This document shows positions 57,997-64,000 of a stretch of DNA of 64,000 bases, piece after piece; positions within the stretch are counted from its first letter, which is position 1, and each line of letters opens with the position of its first letter. This DNA comes from an uncultured virus (IMG/VR IMGVR_UViG_3300005253_000330). Taxonomy: Duplodnaviria; Heunggongvirae; Uroviricota; Caudoviricetes. The stretch is from the IMG/VR virus record IMGVR_UViG_3300005253_000330. One strand, given 5' to 3'. A program made the translations under genes and the position numbers. The notes beneath the pieces were generated by a model that had not been told where the DNA came from, did no database searches, and saw only the letters and a program-made list of their open reading frames with translations.

Positions 57997-60900
57997 TGCC
58001 GATTAGAGTTGAGATAGAGGACAAGCCTGGAACTGTCTTTGAGTTCGAGGATTGTACTACCGACGAGGTTATCTCAAGTACCATAAAGAGGGAGTTTCCA
58101 CAGTCATTGACTGTAAGGGCTGCTCGTGGGCTTGCAAGTGGTGTGTCCAAAGTAGCTGAGGTGATTGGCTCTCCTGACATAGTCAAGGACTTTGGTCGCA
58201 CGTTCACTGACCCAAACGCTGAAGTTGAGTTCATGAACAAGTATGTGTTTGGGCCAATAGGTAGGACGATAGACCCGCACACTCCAGAGTTCGCGGAGCT
58301 TGTCAAGTCAAGAGAGGCTGGAACGCCGGAGTTTGACGCTAGACAGGCTAACTTGGATAGTGCCTATGGTGGTGGGCCAGTTATGTCACAGGCTGAGCCA
58401 GGTGCTATGTCTAGACAACTGACAATGGAGGNNNNNNNNNNNNNNNNNNNNNNNNNNNNNNNNNNNNNNNNNNNNNNNNNNNNNNNNNNNNNNNATCTAT
58501 GAGGGAGGAGGCCATGAGGCGCGGTCCACTTGGTACTCGTCACCTTGGTAATTTACTTGCTAAGGTGAGGCATGGCATGGTGGAGCAGTCTGGCACTGGT
58601 AGGATGATTAACTTAGCCACTGGTAAGGAGGCTAAGCACGAGCCGTTTATTGGGAGGACGCCACTTGGTAGATTTTTCGAGGAGCAGGCGACAGTTGCAG
58701 GTAGCTTGCTTGGCGACTACATCCTATTCAAGGCTGGCTCATCTATTGTGAAGGGGCTAGCGTTTGCTAAGACGCCTGTCTCAAGGGGGATTAAGAACCT
58801 AGCACTTAGGCGCACGTTATCTGCTGGCGGTGCCTTTGCAGTGCCTGGGGCTGTGCATCAGCTTGCGACTGAGATGGAGAACCCTGCACCTATAGAGTCA
58901 TTCGACGACTTTGCGTCATCTATAGAGAGGACAATAGCGGCTGGTGCTAAGGGTGGATTGGTTGGCGCTGCAGTTGGTCTGTCTGGGCATATTGGGATGA
59001 AGCTGCCTGGTGGGCGTGCTACTAAGTTCGCTAGTGCTGTTGGAGGTGGTGCAGCTGTGCTTGGCACATCCACTTCCATTGAGCAGGGAGAATTTAGCCC
59101 TAAGGCATATATAGACGCAGCATTCATGCTAACAGGGCTGCATGGTATGGGTATGCTTGGGAATGAGTTCAAGGCAGGGCTCGGGAAGAAGGGGGCGAAG
59201 ATAGACTTCTCACCAGATGGTGGCACTGGTATTGAGCAACATCAAGGTAAGTGGCGTCACCGTATGTCTAATCAGCTGTTTGAGAGTAAGGAGGAGGCTG
59301 GTAAGCATTATGGGGAGTTGAGAGATAGACTTATCACTGTGCTGGACAAGAATCCCACTGTCACTCGTGAGACTATCACTGAAATGATGAAGACAGATCC
59401 AGATGCAGCTAAGCGATTGGTGAGTGATATTGGAGAGGCCATATCTGGCAAGTTGAGGACGGAGTATGAGGCAGGGGGAGAGCACCCAAGTGATGTAGTG
59501 TTGCGAGAGATAGTGAAAGAGAACACTGGGATGCAGGTTGAGCAGCTATTCAGCGCTCCACGACTTGCCGGCCCTGTTGTTACAGAGGGACAGGCTAGGG
59601 CTAGACAGTCTCATATTGCTAGAGGGGACAAGTCGTCGGTTATACTTGCCAGGAGTACGACTCCAGGTGGAGATAGGTGGAGGGTATCCACTATAGATTC
59701 TACTGATGGCAGGGTATCGAAGATATCCGACTATAGCACTCATGATGAGGCTAGAAGTGAGTTTGATAGTAGGGTGTCCGTCCTGGGTATACCTAGCACT
59801 AGAATTAGAGGTGCTGATACTGGGGTTGTAGAGACAACTGGTGGTGGTGTGCTACAGACAGAGCCAACTACTATTGAGGATGCAGCTGCTCCTGTAAAGA
59901 AGGAGTTTATAGGTATTAAAGTTGGTGGTAGGGGCATAGCTCTCCGTGACCTCCCACGTGAGGTTACAGACTTTCGCCCTGGAGACCCTATCGACACTAA
60001 CCTTGCTCGCGCTATACAAGCTGAACGTGGCCGTGACCCATTCACTCGTGCAGTACAACATAGTGTTGAGGCTGAGAAGGGGCGTGCAGAGATTGACTTG
60101 AATGAGATTGCCCGTGAAGCGGATGCTGCCAGGAAGATTGCAGCTGATGAGAACCTTGGCTCCCCTGGACCACTGGACCCTCGCACTGCTGATGCGCTGC
60201 TGGCGCGGTTGAGAGCTGAGCGTGGTGAGGAGCCTCCTCCACCAGAGAAGGGTGGGCCACCTGCTCGACCTCCCAAGCCTCCAAAGCCACCTGCTAGTGG
60301 TAAGCCAGAGCGAGACCCATATGAGCCAGACGCTGGCGACTTAATGAAGATGGGGATGACAGAGGTAGAGGCAAGGCGCGTAGAAGCTGCTACCAAAAAA
60401 CGAGCTGAGGTACATAGAGACTCTATTGAATTGAAGAGGAGGAATGACCGCGTATCTTGGAATAGTATGAAGGAGTGGTTTGGTAAGAACATCATTAATC
60501 CACAGTATACCATTGAGGAGATACTTGCTGAATTTGGAGAGCAGGGGCTGCAAACTAAGATGCACCTTCGTGCTGCTCGTGGTGCTACTCCATATGCCGA
60601 GTCACTCTCAGCCCCAATAATTGAGGAGGTTTGGAGGGGTACTTCCAGGTCGAAGGCTGACCTTATCAATGAGATTGTACTAACTAATAACTGGATAGCT
60701 ATTTCCAAGGACCCTCGACTCATTAAGAAGGGAATTAAGCATCCACGTGGACTGACTCTGCAGGAGCTAGAGGATTCACTGGCTGGTAGAAGGGCTGCTA
60801 ATCCAGTTGAATTTGATGATGCAGCTAGACGTGCTAATATACTGTCCAATGCAGTCCGCGCACTGACTATTGACCCGCTTCGAGACGCCGGTATTATCGA

Positions 60901-63088
60901 CAGCGCTCGTCACGCAAGGTTAGCTAAGCGCAAGGACCATATGACTCGTCAGTTCCTTGATGCAGAGCTCGACCCTGCCATATATCAAATAACTGATGGT
61001 GGTAAGACTATATCAGTTCGTGGGTCTGGGATACCAGTGTTGAAGGGTGGTAGTGAGAACCTACTTGACCCAGATGTCCAGTCACTGTTCAGGGATATGG
61101 TGAATAGGACTCAGTCACGTATATTCAGGAACTCCCCAAATAAGGCTGGACTACAACTCGCACTCGAGAAGCCAGACAATCCTCTTTTTAGGCTAAGTGT
61201 GTTCCGTAGTGGTAAGCACAAGGGCAAGCCATTCTTTCAAACAAAGAAAGGTCGTGTGTTCCCGAAAGTGCCTAAGGATAAAGAGCAGATAGGGGTGATG
61301 GTAGATGGCCAGCAGTGGATGATGGAGATGCCTAAAGAGTTTGCGAGGGACTGGATTACTGCTGACCCTGTGTTTAATAGTGCTACAATGGTTGGACTGC
61401 GTTGGATGTCCAGTGCACAGGTTACAAGAGCATTTGCAACTGGTACATTCAATCCATTGTTCTTCCTCACCAACTTCCCACGTGACATCATCTACACTTG
61501 GATTAGAAACCCTGACCTGTACTCACCTCACCTACCAATTGCAGCCACTCAACTATTCAATGACCTTAATGCTGTGGCTAGGGACACATGGGCGAAGGGC
61601 CCAAGCTACCAAGATGCAATGGCACAGGGGTTTGGGCAAGCTTTTCTATTCAAGCAGGGACAGCTTAGAATGTTTCAAGGTAGAACAGGTAGAGCACTGG
61701 ACAGTGCCCAGAAAACGTCAAGCCATGCTAACGAGTTCTTCGAGATGTGGACTCGCATGGCAGTGCGTAACCGTGTTATCTCTATGAGAACGGAGGACTT
61801 TGTTAAGCAGAAGGGTAGGCAGCCTAATCAAGCTGAATTGAAGCGGATAGAGTTTGAGGGGACGGCGAGGGCGCGTGACGTTATTGACTTCGCAGTTGGT
61901 GGCAGAGTTACTAAGGCGATGGATACTGTTATGCCATACCTAGCTGCCGGCATTCGTGGCACTGTTGGTATAGTGGAAGCTGCAAAGGCTAACCCAGCTA
62001 TGTTTGGTTGGAAGGTTGCACAGTTGATGGGGCTGTCCGCTAGCATTACACTATACAACATGCTCACAAATGAGGAGGCGTTTGACTCCACTTCTGATGA
62101 GCTGAAGAACGCTAACTTTATATTCACCACTCCATACTTCTACTTGGATGAGAATGGGCAGAAACGATATGTTGAGTTTAAGATTGCTAAAGACCATGGA
62201 CAGCGTGTATTCTCAGCAGTAGCTGAGATGGCTATGGAGGGGTTTGCGGGGAAGACCATTGATAAGACTAGGCTCCTAAACGCTGCTCAGGACTCACTCA
62301 ACATCACACCAGTCTCATGGGTACCACCAGTCGCAAAGGGCCTATTCGCTTACACATTCAATAAGGATATGTTCTTCAATGAGGATATATGGAAGGGACC
62401 AGATGTAAAGCCCAGTGCTGAGATTGACGATTCTGTCAACCCCATCTACAACTACATTGCAGCTAACCTTGGGCTGTCACCTAAGCGTACACAGGCCGCC
62501 CTCTCCCAAGTTGTATCAAGAGGTAATGTGTTCATGAGCGCCATTGGGCAAGGTACTCGTTATTTAATAGAGGAGCCTGACCCAGGTGAGATGAGTAAAA
62601 CTACAATGCAAGTGTTGGCTACACTACCTGGTGTACGGTCAGTGGTCAGTGTAACACATCCAGCTCAGTTCCAGAGGAACATGCTTGAGCGAGAGGCAAT
62701 GGATGATAACACTATTCGATACCAAGCTAATAGGGTTTTTGACCCACTTGCTCAGCGATACTTCAACGCCCCAAGTGGTGATAACTTTAGCGCTGTTATA
62801 GACTTCATCAACACCCAGCCACTCCTTGATAGGGATAGGTTAGTGTCAAGGTTTAGGTCTAGCGCTAAGTTGCAGGGATTGGATAATAGGTCGTTTTGGC
62901 TTAGCCTACTTGACATGCCAGGGCCAGCAGCTGCTCGCTCTTTCTACTCTATATGGGATGACATGGACACTAATGGAAAGCGCCATTATGAGAGTACAGC
63001 GAGGAAGGTAATGGGTGAGTCAACTGACTTTTGGGCCACCTTCTTCAAGCTCAGGGCTGGCAAGTCCGATATCACTGTTAGAGAGTAG
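57996..63088 (+). CDS. Large polyvalent/ejection protein (LPD38-like C-terminus), interrupted by an assembly gap
   Basis: ORFs 57996 and 58499 flank the N-run. NPLFFLTNFPRD, IDFAVGG and FIF...KI.KD motifs in the C-half. Confidence 0.6.
58432..58494. other. Scaffold gap (N-run)
   Basis: 63 N characters. Confidence 0.99.
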
Positions 63089-64000
63089 GTTCTGTCTCTC
63101 CTCCTTACTCAACACTCGTATAACCCAGTCATCTCCACCAACAGGTTGCATTGTGGTGAACTTGCTAGCGTTCATTGAGCGAACTATCTCGAACATATCT
63201 CTGGCCATACACATGTTCTGGTACTTCGCCACCAGTTGAGAGAACATAATCCTCCCTGCTCTGGCTACTGTATCCATTACTAATGCCATTAGCTCCTGAG
63301 GCTCCACCTTCCCAAACGCCTTGAAGCTGTACGGCATAACCTCCTCTGTCTCCTTCAACAGATTGTAAGCGCGAAAGAAGTCGTCGGCTGTAAGTATTTT
63401 GTCGTCTCCACGAGACGCGCTCATCATTATGGACAGCTTCTTTACATGAGTAGGCCGGCGACCAACATACCCTTCCAAGTCACGCTCACCCTTGAATGGA
63501 GTGTCTTCCCTCTCCTTATCTTTCCCATCGTGCATATTCTCATACCAGTCAACATATATACGCTTGTACTCATCAGTTGGCTTGAATTCGCCGGATAGCA
63601 TAGATATATACTCTAAGTCAGCAATCAGTGGCTCCTTCAACTCCGCCTGCCTCTTGTGGTATAGTGTAGGGTCACCTATCGTTCTACCTTTACCAGATGC
63701 ATAGACAAATATCATCCGCCCAGTCAGCCCACCACCTATGGCTTCCCTTGGAAAGCAGCGTTTAACCATCTCTGGCGTTATCGCTCCAAGTAAGTTAAAC
63801 CATACACACTGTATATCATCAGTACCCTCATGCTTGGTGTCGTACTTCCAAGGGTCTGGACAATCGTAGAGGTGTGTTAGGTCTAGAAGCATCTGCTTAT
63901 CCACTCTATCACTACCCATAAACACAGCAAGCTCAGAGTGAAACAGCGTTATTGATGAGTGGAATATTGGTAGGTTAGTGACTGGGTCTATCATCTGTTG
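63020..64000 (-). CDS. DUF3987-like (primase/helicase-associated) protein, 5'-partial
   Basis: SELAVF, LYDC...W.Y.T, NLLGAITP, GGGLTGRMIFV; frame open to the window end; overlaps the convergent gene by 69 nt. Confidence 0.65.
   Translation of the reverse strand, partial: QQMIDPVTNLPIFHSSITLFHSELAVFMGSDRVDKQMLLDLTHLYDCPDPWKYDTKHEGTDDIQCVWFNLLGAITPEMVKRCFPREAIGGGLTGRMIFVYASGKGRTIGDPTLYHKRQAELKEPLIADLEYISMLSGEFKPTDEYKRIYVDWYENMHDGKDKEREDTPFKGERDLEGYVGRRPTHVKKLSIMMSASRGDDKILTADDFFRAYNLLKETEEVMPYSFKAFGKVEPQELMALVMDTVARAGRIMFSQLVAKYQNMCMARDMFEIVRSMNASKFTTMQPVGGDDWVIRVLSKEERQNLLSNSDIGLASPELEEGGPKVS

Noticed and set aside
57996..58502. Separate 168-aa gene or programmed frameshift before 58499
   Set aside because: The frame change coincides with the N gap of estimated length, so it is probably one gene.
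1260..62130. Numerous minus-strand ORFs in the track (e.g. 7549..8241, 59740..60849)
   Set aside because: They are antisense shadows of long + strand genes, with no recognisable motifs or SD sites.
1..64000. CRISPR array, DGR/retron reverse transcriptase, integrase, rRNA
   Set aside because: No regularly spaced repeats, no RT or recombinase motifs and no rRNA-like sequence seen by eye.

Overview
The window is entirely tailed-phage (Caudoviricetes) DNA and appears to join two different podovirus-like genomes. Segment B (about 1-43.6 kb, essentially all + strand) looks like a nearly complete circularly permuted genome opened inside its tail-fibre gene. Its order is: fibre C-part, DNA-ejection genes, lysis cassette, a secreted lamin-tail cargo gene, early/replication genes (PD-(D/E)XK exonuclease, initiator with internal ori, ParB), TerS/TerL, portal, scaffold, major capsid, adaptor, split nozzle and fibre N-part, plus three free-standing homing endonucleases. 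From about 43.6 kb the sequence style changes and a second morphogenesis module follows (segment C): portal, scaffold, capsid, adaptor, two nozzle paralogues, ejection proteins, a large polyvalent protein spanning an N gap, and a convergent DUF3987-like gene. The most interesting unannotated signals are: (1) leader RNAs with AAnAA-loop hairpins abutting or overlapping intrinsic terminators, next to tiny YezD/DUF2292-like and Com-like proteins (candidate RNA-based antitermination system); (2) a roughly 220-nt tRNA-like RNA with G3-U70 and an encoded ACCA end; (3) a 35-aa peptide that copies the major capsid N-arm; (4) a nozzle gene split into two alternative N-terminal modules; (5) a GTTCA-N5-TGAAC palindrome at three gene boundaries in segment C. 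All family names come from recognising motifs by eye, not from database searches.
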